This document shows, one piece after another, positions 9,065 through 17,313 of a stretch of DNA of 37,141 nucleotides; position 1 is the first letter of the stretch; every line of letters begins with the position of its first letter. The DNA comes from a virus. Its lineage: Duplodnaviria > Caudoviricetes. Below the pieces are notes generated by a model. That model saw nothing but the letters and a program-made list of their open reading frames with translations. It was not told the DNA's origin and did not search any database. The position numbers and the translations under genes are program-made. Location of the stretch: positions 1-37,141 of the IMG/VR virus record IMGVR_UViG_3300044740_000006; one strand, written 5' to 3'.

Positions 9065-11254
9065 TCATTGCTGGGGATTCTCCCCGGAATCGTTGGCATC
9101 CGACTGATGGCGATGGAGCATGTCATAGGCGCGCATAAGCTGGTCAGTCATGCCAGTTGCGTTCTTCTGGTCTGCTGCAAGCGCGCGTTGTATAACCGCC
9201 ATGACCTTCGCCTCGAAGTCCTTTTCGTTTTTGTCGGCCAGAAGCATACGATCGGCCGTCTGGTCCTGAAGCTGCTTGGCCATCTGCTGCATTTGGACCG
9301 TTTGCTGTTGCAATTGCATTTGCAACGCCTGGATAAGCGCCTGGATTTGTGGATCCACATCCGCCATATCCGGCACCAGGAGGTTAGGCGGCAAGCCTTT
9401 GGCGAGACGGGCGGCGAACTGATCGGCATCCGGCCAGTCCATATTTTTTGCGATGAGATCAGCGACCTTCATGGCCAGCTCAGGCGGCATGGAGCCGACA
9501 AACTTCAGCATCTGGTCCGAAGCCTCGATGCGCTTGGTGGCATAGCTCGGCCCAACAGTGACCCGTACCCCGTATTTTCCGATAGTCGGATTGAAGACGG
9601 GCAGAGACTTGCCATCCGCGCTCTTGCCATTCTGGAGGGCCTTGGCGGCATTCGGATCAAGGCGGATCGACTGCTCTTTACCGTCTTCCCGGATGATCGT
9701 AAGGACCCGCTTGGTGTCGTAGTAATGCGGGAACATCTTGAGGAACAGGAGGCCGGTGTAATGCAGGGCACGGGCCAGATTGTCCGAATAATGGAATGAC
9801 CCGATATCATCGGACCGGCGAATCTCATGAACCGCCTTACCCGACTCGTCATGCATGCGCTCAGCAATGGTGGCGTCGAAGCGTATGCCGGTGACGGCCT
9901 GCATGTCCTGCGCCGCGCCCTGGATGGCTTGGAGTACGCCATTTGGCGCTTGCACCATAGGTTGGCGCTGAGGCGGTGGGGCAGGCTTGCCGCCGATGTT
10001 GGTTCCCTTGTAAAGAAGGTAGGCATAGGACTTGGTGTTGGCCTGTTTCCAGGCTCCCTCATGGCCCTCCACCTGGCCCTCTTCCATCACCCATGGTGCT
10101 TTTGGTTGCAGAGCAACAATCTCAGCCTCAGTGGTACGCCAATAGTTGTACATGCGCTGAGGATCTTTGGCATGGCGCACGATACCGGAATAGGTCACCT
10201 TTCCTTGCTCATCGATCTCGTCACCGACCACTCGAACAATCGGCACGAAACCGTCTGTCTTGACTTCGGTACGCTCCAATATCTCAAGCGCATTCATCTT
10301 GTACCACATGCACTTTTTATGCTCGGACTTGCGCTCATTGATAATGGAGATGGCGCCACTGGCAATCTGAGCTTGAATCTCGGCGGATAGCTCGTCCTTC
10401 CAGCCGGTATGGCCGTTATCGAGCTGCACCAAATCGCGCATCTCATGCTCAATGTTGTAGTACTCGGCTACGCGAATAGAGTCCTTGCTCACCCATTCTT
10501 TATAGGTATCGCCCGCCCCGGATGGGTTGAAACTGACCATCTGAGAATCGGGCCACTGTTCCTTGTACTCATCACTCGGCACCATCTCGCTGATGAAGCC
10601 GAATTTGGCGTCCTGACCGGTGGGCATCTGCGCATCCGGGTCTATGTACACCGTGAATTGATTGCGGATTCGACGCACAATGATGCGCTGATTGAAGCTA
10701 TCCGGTGACTCGTATTCGGTATCCACGCGCCAATAGCCATAGCCGGAGGAAGCGGCCTGTTGAAAAGCCGTGTCATAGGCAATGTCAGCCTGGCATTCGT
10801 ACTGGATGTACCGAAAGATGCCGCCGAACATGGCGGCAGCCTTCTTGTCCACCTGATCGCCGACAGGGCTCAGATTGATCGCTGGCCGGTTTTCACGCTG
10901 GGGATTGGTAACCTGATGGACGAAGGTCAGGAGCTTGTTGAAGGTCAGGCAGGGACGTTTGTCCGTGTTGCGCTGAGCGGCGACATCCGCCGGCCATTGA
11001 TCGCCCTTCAGGAACTTGGTGTCTTCCAGTGCCGCCTTTCGGTTATCGCCTTCGGCTGAGATGCAGCGCTCGAAGCGCTTACGGGCCGTGAGCAGGATCT
11101 TCTGATCTGGATCATTGTCGTTGCCGAACGATCCATCTTCCTTGACGCCTTTACCACCCGATTTCTTCTTGGGTGGGAGCTTGTTCATGCCGTTATCGAT
11201 CCTGGGAAGACCGATCTTGCCATCATCCTTAGGTGAATCAGGGTTATTGGCCAT
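9065..11254 (-). CDS. Portal protein, P22 gp1-like
   Basis: GDQWP...RPCLTFNKL, GIVRHAKDPQRMYNYW, GKYGVRVTVGPSYATKR, C-terminal Gln-rich barrel helix; 729 aa. Confidence 0.93.
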   Translation of the reverse strand: MANNPDSPKDDGKIGLPRIDNGMNKLPPKKKSGGKGVKEDGSFGNDNDPDQKILLTARKRFERCISAEGDNRKAALEDTKFLKGDQWPADVAAQRNTDKRPCLTFNKLLTFVHQVTNPQRENRPAINLSPVGDQVDKKAAAMFGGIFRYIQYECQADIAYDTAFQQAASSGYGYWRVDTEYESPDSFNQRIIVRRIRNQFTVYIDPDAQMPTGQDAKFGFISEMVPSDEYKEQWPDSQMVSFNPSGAGDTYKEWVSKDSIRVAEYYNIEHEMRDLVQLDNGHTGWKDELSAEIQAQIASGAISIINERKSEHKKCMWYKMNALEILERTEVKTDGFVPIVRVVGDEIDEQGKVTYSGIVRHAKDPQRMYNYWRTTEAEIVALQPKAPWVMEEGQVEGHEGAWKQANTKSYAYLLYKGTNIGGKPAPPPQRQPMVQAPNGVLQAIQGAAQDMQAVTGIRFDATIAERMHDESGKAVHEIRRSDDIGSFHYSDNLARALHYTGLLFLKMFPHYYDTKRVLTIIREDGKEQSIRLDPNAAKALQNGKSADGKSLPVFNPTIGKYGVRVTVGPSYATKRIEASDQMLKFVGSMPPELAMKVADLIAKNMDWPDADQFAARLAKGLPPNLLVPDMADVDPQIQALIQALQMQLQQQTVQMQQMAKQLQDQTADRMLLADKNEKDFEAKVMAVIQRALAADQKNATGMTDQLMRAYDMLHRHQSDANDSGENPQQ

Positions 11255-11481
11255 TACTCTGCTCCAAGGCGATCGATGATGATCTGCATCAATGCGCCGA
11301 CTATCTTCAAGCGACTTTCTTCCCCAGAACTAACTGTTTCATAATTGCCACCGCGCAGCCAGAAAACACCACTAAAAGACACAATTTCTCCCTTTTCAGC
11401 CCGAGCCAACATCTCTCGAAGGAGATCGACCGCATGACGGTTGCATTGGTTTTCAATAGTGGTAAGAGGAATGACACTCAT
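11254..11481 (-). CDS. hypothetical protein
   Basis: TAATG-coupled to portal; LREMLARAEKGEI pattern. Confidence 0.65.
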   Translation of the reverse strand: MSVIPLTTIENQCNRHAVDLLREMLARAEKGEIVSFSGVFWLRGGNYETVSSGEESRLKIVGALMQIIIDRLGAE

Positions 11482-11720
11482 ATTCTGACCTCGCCTGGAT
11501 CATGCCCAGATGATACGGCATCATAGAACCGTTCGGCGGCGCGCTGGCGGAGTTCTCTCAAGCCCTTACCATTCTCAGCCGGAACGATGCAGAAGTATTC
11601 ATGCCCACGTTCGTTGTAATACGAGATGCGCAAGGCTTCCTGGCCGAGAAGAGGCGACCAGAACCGGTATTCCTGCAGGCGGATGGTTATTTCAGCAGCC
11701 ATAGGCAAAAAAGTGTCCAT
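11478..11720 (-). CDS. hypothetical protein
   Basis: ATGA overlap with next gene; 80 aa. Confidence 0.6.
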   Translation of the reverse strand: MDTFLPMAAEITIRLQEYRFWSPLLGQEALRISYYNERGHEYFCIVPAENGKGLRELRQRAAERFYDAVSSGHDPGEVRI

Positions 11721-11832
11721 GCGACGCCTGATATCAGGCCTACGATAAATCCGTCAAACAGGCCATTTTTGTAATGGATTCGCTTGATTATCGCCTGTTG
11801 CCTATACTCAAGAAGTAGGCTTTCTAAGCTAT

Positions 11833-12036
11833 TCATGCCGCTTTCTCTGTCCAAGCTAACTTGACTAGATGAATATCGTTAATGCGCCCTGACACGATGT
11901 AATGCACATGCCTGATCACGCCACCTTCCTCTGTAGTGGCATCTACGGATGATCCGGTTACCAAGCGGTAATGCTTATCGGATACCTCACCCATCGAACC
12001 CTTCAACGGACCATCGATAAACCGTACCTTAGCCAT
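11833..12036 (-). CDS. hypothetical protein
   Basis: AGGGGA RBS; VRFIDGPLKG motif common in small phage proteins. Confidence 0.6.
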   Translation of the reverse strand: MAKVRFIDGPLKGSMGEVSDKHYRLVTGSSVDATTEEGGVIRHVHYIVSGRINDIHLVKLAWTEKAA

Positions 12037-12048
12037 AGCACTTCCCCT

Positions 12049-12321
12049 TTAGGCGATGATGGCGATTACGTCGTCCTCGGTCATGACCAGCAAATCCTGG
12101 CCATCCACCTTGACTTCTGTACCTGACATCTTACGGAAAATCACACGATTTCCCACTGCCACATCATGGACGTCATGACCGATGGCCAGGACCGTACCCT
12201 CCGGCTTCAGCTCATTGCGGTCGTTGGTCTCCTTCAGAGCCAATAGGATGCCACTCTCGGTCTTCGTCAGGCGATCATCACGCTTTACCACCAGACGGTT
12301 ATAGATGGGCTTCAGGTTCAT
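12049..12321 (-). CDS. groES: Co-chaperonin GroES (Cpn10), copy 2, lacking roof hairpin
   Basis: MNLKPIYNRLVVKR...KTESGILL...EGTVLAIG...VAVGNRVIFRK.SGTEVKVDGQDLLVMTEDDVIAI; GGAG RBS before ATG at 12321. Confidence 0.9.
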   Translation of the reverse strand: MNLKPIYNRLVVKRDDRLTKTESGILLALKETNDRNELKPEGTVLAIGHDVHDVAVGNRVIFRKMSGTEVKVDGQDLLVMTEDDVIAIIA

Positions 12322-12453
12322 GCAGAAGGCTCCGTAGGAATTGGGTGAGCAGGCTTCGTGTCGTGATCCAGCCAATGAAGCAGGCCATGTCCGTGCGGGC
12401 GTTGTAGTCCATCACGTAAGACATATGGCCGAAGGTTTTAATACCCGATTCGT

Positions 12454-13755
12454 TCATAAAGCCATCCAGGAAGAGGTTGAGGGAGCGGAAGTATTACCGA
12501 CTTTGATCTTAGGTCGATCATGCGATCGATCGTATCCCATTGCCATGTATGCAAAGGCTTTAGCGCCATGGCTGGAAGCGTCGTGCACTGGGGACTGGCC
12601 AGTGCTGCCATCGGTGTGTACGGGGTAACGGTAGCGGCTCAGACGCTCAACCAGAGAGCGAGTACCGACTTCATCGAATACCGCCTTAGGGAACACATTG
12701 CGCACTGCTGCATGCTGCGTGTCGTCGTCAACAGCATCCACAATATGCACTTGGCAGTTGGGGAATAGGCTCTTTAGGACTTCTTCCGCACTTGTACCGC
12801 TGATGATGTTTCGGTTCCGCCCGTCATGCGGCAGGTAGATGTGACCATAGGTATAAGGCAGCTTCATCAGGTCTTCCTGCGCATAGCTGGCCACTGTTCG
12901 GTGCGTACCCTCAATGTAGTTCAGGATACGGTACTCATAGCCAACCTGCTGCCATAGGACGATGGCCATAGCATCCCCCCATCCCAAGTCCCAGGCCATG
13001 TGGACCGGCTTGATGGCTTCATAGGGAACCTTGCAAATTTGGTTATTGGCATGCAGCGCCCGGATCTCTTTGCCATACACCGCACCCTTAACAGCCAAGC
13101 GATAGGCTCCATCCCATATGTGCGGATAGTCATCCGGACGCTTCTCAAGGTCTTCCAGGCGCTTTCGATTAAGGGTGGCTGGGAAAGCTGGATTGTCCTT
13201 CCAGTTGATCTGGACGATTTTGGATCGACCTGGTGGATTGACCCGGAAGCGCAAGTCAGTGGCGCTATTCATCAACTCCGGATTCCAGGTAACCCAAATT
13301 TCTGAACCGTCCTCGCGCACTGTGTTAACGATAGCTTCCCAAGCGGTCTCAATGATGTCTTCCGCCTCATCTCCCCAAAAAAGCAGGATGCGCGCTTTGG
13401 ATTTGATGTTCTTGGGCTTAACGTTGACACCCACGAAGTCATATGACACACGCCGGTCCTTAGTCCGAACGTATTCCTCGCCGATATCGAACTTGGCCGA
13501 TAGCGCTGGTTCCTCCTGAATCGCCATCTTGACTTCAGACAGCGAAGACTCTTTCAGGGAGTTCTGGTAAGCACGTCCACAGACGATTACCCCTTGAATA
13601 CCAACTTCCGCCCACATGAGTGCACGCACAGCGGTCATCTTGGCAAAGGTGCGGGTCTTGGCTGATCCACGCCCACCATAGGCTCCTCGATAGTCAGCCT
13701 CACCTGTAAAGACAGGGATCAGCTTAGGAGGAAGCGCTATCTGGATGGTTGCCAT
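12454..13755 (-). CDS. terL: Terminase large subunit (PBSX-like)
   Basis: Walker A YGGRGSAKT, Walker B FWGDEAE, TWNP, nuclease WDLGWGD, YLPHDG, HDASSHGA. Confidence 0.95.
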   Translation of the reverse strand: MATIQIALPPKLIPVFTGEADYRGAYGGRGSAKTRTFAKMTAVRALMWAEVGIQGVIVCGRAYQNSLKESSLSEVKMAIQEEPALSAKFDIGEEYVRTKDRRVSYDFVGVNVKPKNIKSKARILLFWGDEAEDIIETAWEAIVNTVREDGSEIWVTWNPELMNSATDLRFRVNPPGRSKIVQINWKDNPAFPATLNRKRLEDLEKRPDDYPHIWDGAYRLAVKGAVYGKEIRALHANNQICKVPYEAIKPVHMAWDLGWGDAMAIVLWQQVGYEYRILNYIEGTHRTVASYAQEDLMKLPYTYGHIYLPHDGRNRNIISGTSAEEVLKSLFPNCQVHIVDAVDDDTQHAAVRNVFPKAVFDEVGTRSLVERLSRYRYPVHTDGSTGQSPVHDASSHGAKAFAYMAMGYDRSHDRPKIKVGNTSAPSTSSWMAL

Positions 13756-14107
13756 CGAGGGCTACCAACTCAATACGGTTGACGGTCTGAATGGGGGCAT
13801 TCGGGTCCCCAGTGTGTTCCACACGGGCCAGCTTGGGAGCTGCGAACTCAGCCAGCTTGGCCATGAGGTCCAAAGCTTTGCCTGGGTCGGGCTTAAGAAC
13901 CATGACAGGTTCACCCTGAGCATCGAAGCGCGGATTGCCCTCTTTGTCGATTGCCTGCTTTCCGAGAGCTACCTCTGATAGCCACTGGGAGACGTTCTGA
14001 GCGTTACCTTCCAAAAGGGCTGTTACGGTATTCCTGAAGTCTCGGGTCGCCTTGTTGGGCGTCCCCTTGGCTCTACCGCCTATTTTAGGTGAACCTTTGG
14101 GCCTCAT
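13724..14107 (-). CDS. terS: Terminase small subunit
   Basis: GGRAKGTPNKAT N-terminus, APKLARVEHTG C-terminus; overlaps terL start. Confidence 0.8.
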   Translation of the reverse strand: MRPKGSPKIGGRAKGTPNKATRDFRNTVTALLEGNAQNVSQWLSEVALGKQAIDKEGNPRFDAQGEPVMVLKPDPGKALDLMAKLAEFAAPKLARVEHTGDPNAPIQTVNRIELVALDGNHPDSASS

Positions 14108-14216
14108 ACTGTTCAGGTTCTACTTTGGTTTGTTGGTAACCCTCAACGGGAGATGTTCGCCCCAGTTTCAGGAGGGGCGAGGCCTGCCCGGAATCCGTTA
14201 AAACTCCGATGTTCGA

Positions 14217-14381
14217 TTACTTCAACCAGCCTTTCGGCGCCCGCTCCATAGTCCGTTCATTCTTCGGCTCACTGGTCGGAATCTTGAACTTGCTTCCCAT
14301 CGGGCGACTACCCGAACCAGTGGCCGTGTTCTGCGGTGCGGAAGATCGCTTGTCGCCACCCTTGCCGTATGCCTTCTTCAT
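14217..14381 (-). CDS. small basic protein, 54 aa (MKKAYGKGGDKRSS...APKGWLK), first late gene
   Basis: Translated by hand (below ORF-track cutoff); GAGGATAGG upstream; Lys/Arg/Gly/Ser-rich. Confidence 0.55.
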   Translation of the reverse strand: MKKAYGKGGDKRSSAPQNTATGSGSRPMGSKFKIPTSEPKNERTMERAPKGWLK

Positions 14382-14437
14382 GGACCTATCCTCGCGAGAT
14401 ATTGGGTCGAGCGGAATGCTCTAGACAGACTTTACAC

Positions 14438-14476
14438 AAAAAATAACCCCCGCGCATCTACCGATGGGCAGGGGTC
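14438..14476 (-). terminator. Intrinsic terminator in late leader (tR'-like)
   Basis: GACCCCTGCCCATC-GGTA-GATGCGCGGGGGTT followed by ATTTTTT. Confidence 0.75.
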
Positions 14477-14529
14477 GGCTCAAGTTCGGACAAAGGGGGA
14501 GATGCACGAAGGTCCTGAGGCGTGGAGTA

Positions 14530-14557
14530 AGGATAGCAATGGACGGTCATTTGTCAA
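14530..14557 (-). promoter_or_regulatory. sigma70 late promoter (pR'-like)
   Basis: TTGACA-16 bp-TATCCT with extended -10 TGn, upstream of terS/terL. Confidence 0.7.
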
Positions 14558-14744
14558 CTGATGCAGGCGGCAAATCGGGCAAGTAATCCCAAGCCTCTAC
14601 CGCTCCTTCGTCGTACCAACTTCCATGGATGGACCATGGCCTAGACATACTAGGGCAGTAGTAGGCCACGACGATATGGCGCCATGGCTTCTCAATCGCC
14701 AAATAACTGCCTTGGGCCTTAGGTGGTTCGGTATGCCAGGCCAT
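14547..14744 (-). CDS. DUF551-like small protein
   Basis: W...PP..G.YL...VEAWDYLPDLP pattern. Confidence 0.6.
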   Translation of the reverse strand: MAWHTEPPKAQGSYLAIEKPWRHIVVAYYCPSMSRPWSIHGSWYDEGAVEAWDYLPDLPPASVDK

Positions 14745-14748
14745 AATT

Positions 14749-15099
14749 TCACCACGAGCCAGAACAACCGCCGCCTCCAAAATCGCCACCGCCACCTGAG
14801 AAATCAGTATACGAAGATGAAAAATCCGATGATGGTGAGTGACTGCTTAAAGCTTCGCCAATAAGCATTCCAGTAATCATGGGCGTCACATAGTCAGGTG
14901 AAGGAGTTGGGCATGGAGAAGGATTATAGGAACTACGAGGAAATGGCGTCGGAGATGGATACCTGACATGGCCACCCTCTCTCCTAAGTTGTTCTTCGGC
15001 ATCCCTAGCAGATTTGGCTTGATCGATGGATGATGCTGTATCGATTGATGTCAGTCCTGCTGCGATAGATGCACAAACTGCGGCTAAACTCCACGGCAT
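14749..15099 (-). CDS. hypothetical protein with Gly-rich FSGGGGDFGGGGCSGSW tail
   Basis: GAGGTG RBS; hydrophobic N-terminus; Ser/Pro-rich middle. Confidence 0.6.
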   Translation of the reverse strand: MPWSLAAVCASIAAGLTSIDTASSIDQAKSARDAEEQLRREGGHVRYPSPTPFPRSSYNPSPCPTPSPDYVTPMITGMLIGEALSSHSPSSDFSSSYTDFSGGGGDFGGGGCSGSW

Positions 15100-15109
15100 A
15101 AATCACCTC

Positions 15110-15523
15110 TCAGAGTAGAGATTCTTGATTCAAAGAACGCACCTCGATAACTGCACGGGGATTGTGCTTATCTTTTCCCCAGTACACATGCTTCTCACGC
15201 ACTTGACGATCATTCTGATACACGCCCTTCTGAACCAAATGCCTAGCTTGGCCAGCACCTTTATACCGGTCCTGTAAGATGTCCAGAATTAACGATTCAT
15301 CCAAATCCGGACGTTCACTTGCATAGAATATCCGCAGAGTCACGGAGACATCATCAGACACACGCTGCCGGCAAATAGGCGGGATCTGAGCAAGCGCGGC
15401 CTTCTCATACGCCAAGGCTTTCTCGCTCTTAACCAATCTCGGTTTACCGCCAATCACAACCATCTTACGGCTATTGGCCTTAGAGGCTGGCTCGCCCAAG
15501 ATCGTTAAAGTAATTGGGTTCAT
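15110..15523 (-). CDS. rusA: RusA-like Holliday junction resolvase
   Basis: ILGEPASKANS, RPDLD...ILDILQ...YQNDRQV...K...K.NPRAVIEV. Confidence 0.8.
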   Translation of the reverse strand: MNPITLTILGEPASKANSRKMVVIGGKPRLVKSEKALAYEKAALAQIPPICRQRVSDDVSVTLRIFYASERPDLDESLILDILQDRYKGAGQARHLVQKGVYQNDRQVREKHVYWGKDKHNPRAVIEVRSLNQESLL

Positions 15524-16005
15524 AGCGTCGCGTTCCGGCGCTCGACGAACTTTCCAAGCGCAATGCGCAACGAACCTTCTTGAGCGATATCGTAAATCAA
15601 TGCCCGTATTTCAGTCTCAGTAGGCATCTCCAATTTCGCGCGCGCGACTGGCACGTCTAGCGGTTTTGCCTGTTCTGCCAATCTGCGTGCATCGTCCAGC
15701 TTTTGTGCTGCAGTAATTTGCGATGTAATTGACGCGCAGCGTGTACATTTGCATGCTTGTCGATAAACCCATTCCTTTTCCTGTGCGTCGTACAAGTGTC
15801 GCTCTATCTTCTGTAATACAACAGCACCGCCATCCGCCCTCTCGTAGCACTCCTGGCAGATAGCGGCTCGATTGCCTTGGTAGTGAAGCTGTGGAACATT
15901 GATCCCATCAATCTTCGATATCACTGTTTCGTTCACGTCTTGCCGATGCATCCACTTCCTGCACGACGGACACTCGACGTAGTTGGCTTTGTTGACGATT
16001 GGCAT
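15520..16005 (-). CDS. hypothetical protein with CxxC pairs
   Basis: CPSC, CQEC, CTRC; GGAG RBS; coupled to rusA. Confidence 0.6.
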   Translation of the reverse strand: MPIVNKANYVECPSCRKWMHRQDVNETVISKIDGINVPQLHYQGNRAAICQECYERADGGAVVLQKIERHLYDAQEKEWVYRQACKCTRCASITSQITAAQKLDDARRLAEQAKPLDVPVARAKLEMPTETEIRALIYDIAQEGSLRIALGKFVERRNATL

Positions 16006-16008
16006 GAC

Positions 16009-17313
16009 TCACTCCTGGTAGGGATTGGATGAAGGTGGCTTACGTCCGAAGTTACCGAAGCCTTGCTGACGTTGTTCAACTTCGACGTAATCGCGTGGAA
16101 GGAATCGCATGTGTGCGTAGTCCGCATCAAGCGCAATGCTTCCGGTTTCTCCGTTGCGTTGCTTGTCCAACAGCAAGACTAGCTCGTTGCGCTTTTGCTC
16201 TTTGGGACGCCACAGAAACATCACGACATCAGCGTCCTGTTCGATGGATCCACCGCCGCGAAGTTCTGCGAGCGTAGGACGTTTTCCATCAGCATCACGA
16301 TTGAGTTGGCTCAGGCATAGAAGCGGGACATTGAGTTCTTTCGCTAGCCGCTTGAGCGCTCCCGTGACGATCTGGATGGCTTCCGTGGTGGTTGGTGCTT
16401 TCGGTAGCGTGATGAGCGTGAGATAGTCGATGACGATCAGCCCTAAGCCCGATGTTGCATGCACTTGGCGAGCCCGTGCAGAGATCGCCTCTACAGTGAG
16501 CGCGGGTGTTTGGTCGATCTGGATTGGCAGTGCGTTGATCTCTGCGCTTGCTTCGAATAGCCGGCGAAAATCGTCGTTGTTGAGAAGCTTCGGCCGGCGA
16601 AGACCTGTTGCATTGACGCATGCTACGTGCGCTTGCACACGGTCCGTTAGCTGTGTTCCGGTCATCTCCATCGAGAACACGATCGTATGCACTTTGTGCC
16701 GTGCCGCATTGATGGCGATCTGCATCGCCTTGGCAGTCTTGCCGACGGATGGACGTGCAGCTAGCACGATGAGATCACCAGGCTGCAGACCATCCGTGAG
16801 ATCGTCCAACTCCGGCAAGCCTGTGGGGATACCAGTGAGTTCCTGATCTGCATTGACGCGCCGTTGAAGCTCTACCGTGGACTCACGAAGGTACTCGCGA
16901 ATGTGCTTGACGCTACCAGCGTGTCTCGGTGCACATGCCGCCAGGATGCGCTGTGCTTCGACGAGAGCGTCAGGCCCGGAAAGCTGGGCAATCTGTCGGC
17001 CGGCGATCTGGATGCGTCGTGCTTGCGCTTGCTGCACGACGAGTTCGGCATAGGCTCGAACGTTCGTCGCACGCCAGCCTTCGGAGTTCGCAACATCGAG
17101 TGCGAAGGGGCCAAGAACGCGTGGTTCTAGCTCGGTAATCGTGACGGCATCGAACGCAGAGTTCGTGCGCGCCAGTTCGCGAATCATCGCGTAGAGCTTC
17201 GCTAGGCGACCGTCAGCGAAGTCTTCGGGCACGAGGATGTCGGCAACACGCCAATAGGCTTCCGCGCTGCACAGGCATGCACCCAGCACCGCATGTTCGG
17301 CGTTGAGGCTCAT
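16009..17313 (-). CDS. dnaB: Replicative DNA helicase, DnaB family
   Basis: AEHAVLG, Walker A AARPSVGKT, FSMEM, IVIDYL, LSQLNR, SIEQDADVV, KQRNGETG. Confidence 0.95.
   Translation of the reverse strand: MSLNAEHAVLGACLCSAEAYWRVADILVPEDFADGRLAKLYAMIRELARTNSAFDAVTITELEPRVLGPFALDVANSEGWRATNVRAYAELVVQQAQARRIQIAGRQIAQLSGPDALVEAQRILAACAPRHAGSVKHIREYLRESTVELQRRVNADQELTGIPTGLPELDDLTDGLQPGDLIVLAARPSVGKTAKAMQIAINAARHKVHTIVFSMEMTGTQLTDRVQAHVACVNATGLRRPKLLNNDDFRRLFEASAEINALPIQIDQTPALTVEAISARARQVHATSGLGLIVIDYLTLITLPKAPTTTEAIQIVTGALKRLAKELNVPLLCLSQLNRDADGKRPTLAELRGGGSIEQDADVVMFLWRPKEQKRNELVLLLDKQRNGETGSIALDADYAHMRFLPRDYVEVEQRQQGFGNFGRKPPSSNPYQE

Noticed and set aside
8768-9799. 343-aa plus-strand ORF
   Set aside because: Antisense shadow of scaffold and portal; no motifs
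12299-12457. 52-aa minus-strand ORF (MNESGIKTFGH...) between terL and groES-2
   Set aside because: ATGA-coupled but no motif or other support; not listed as a feature
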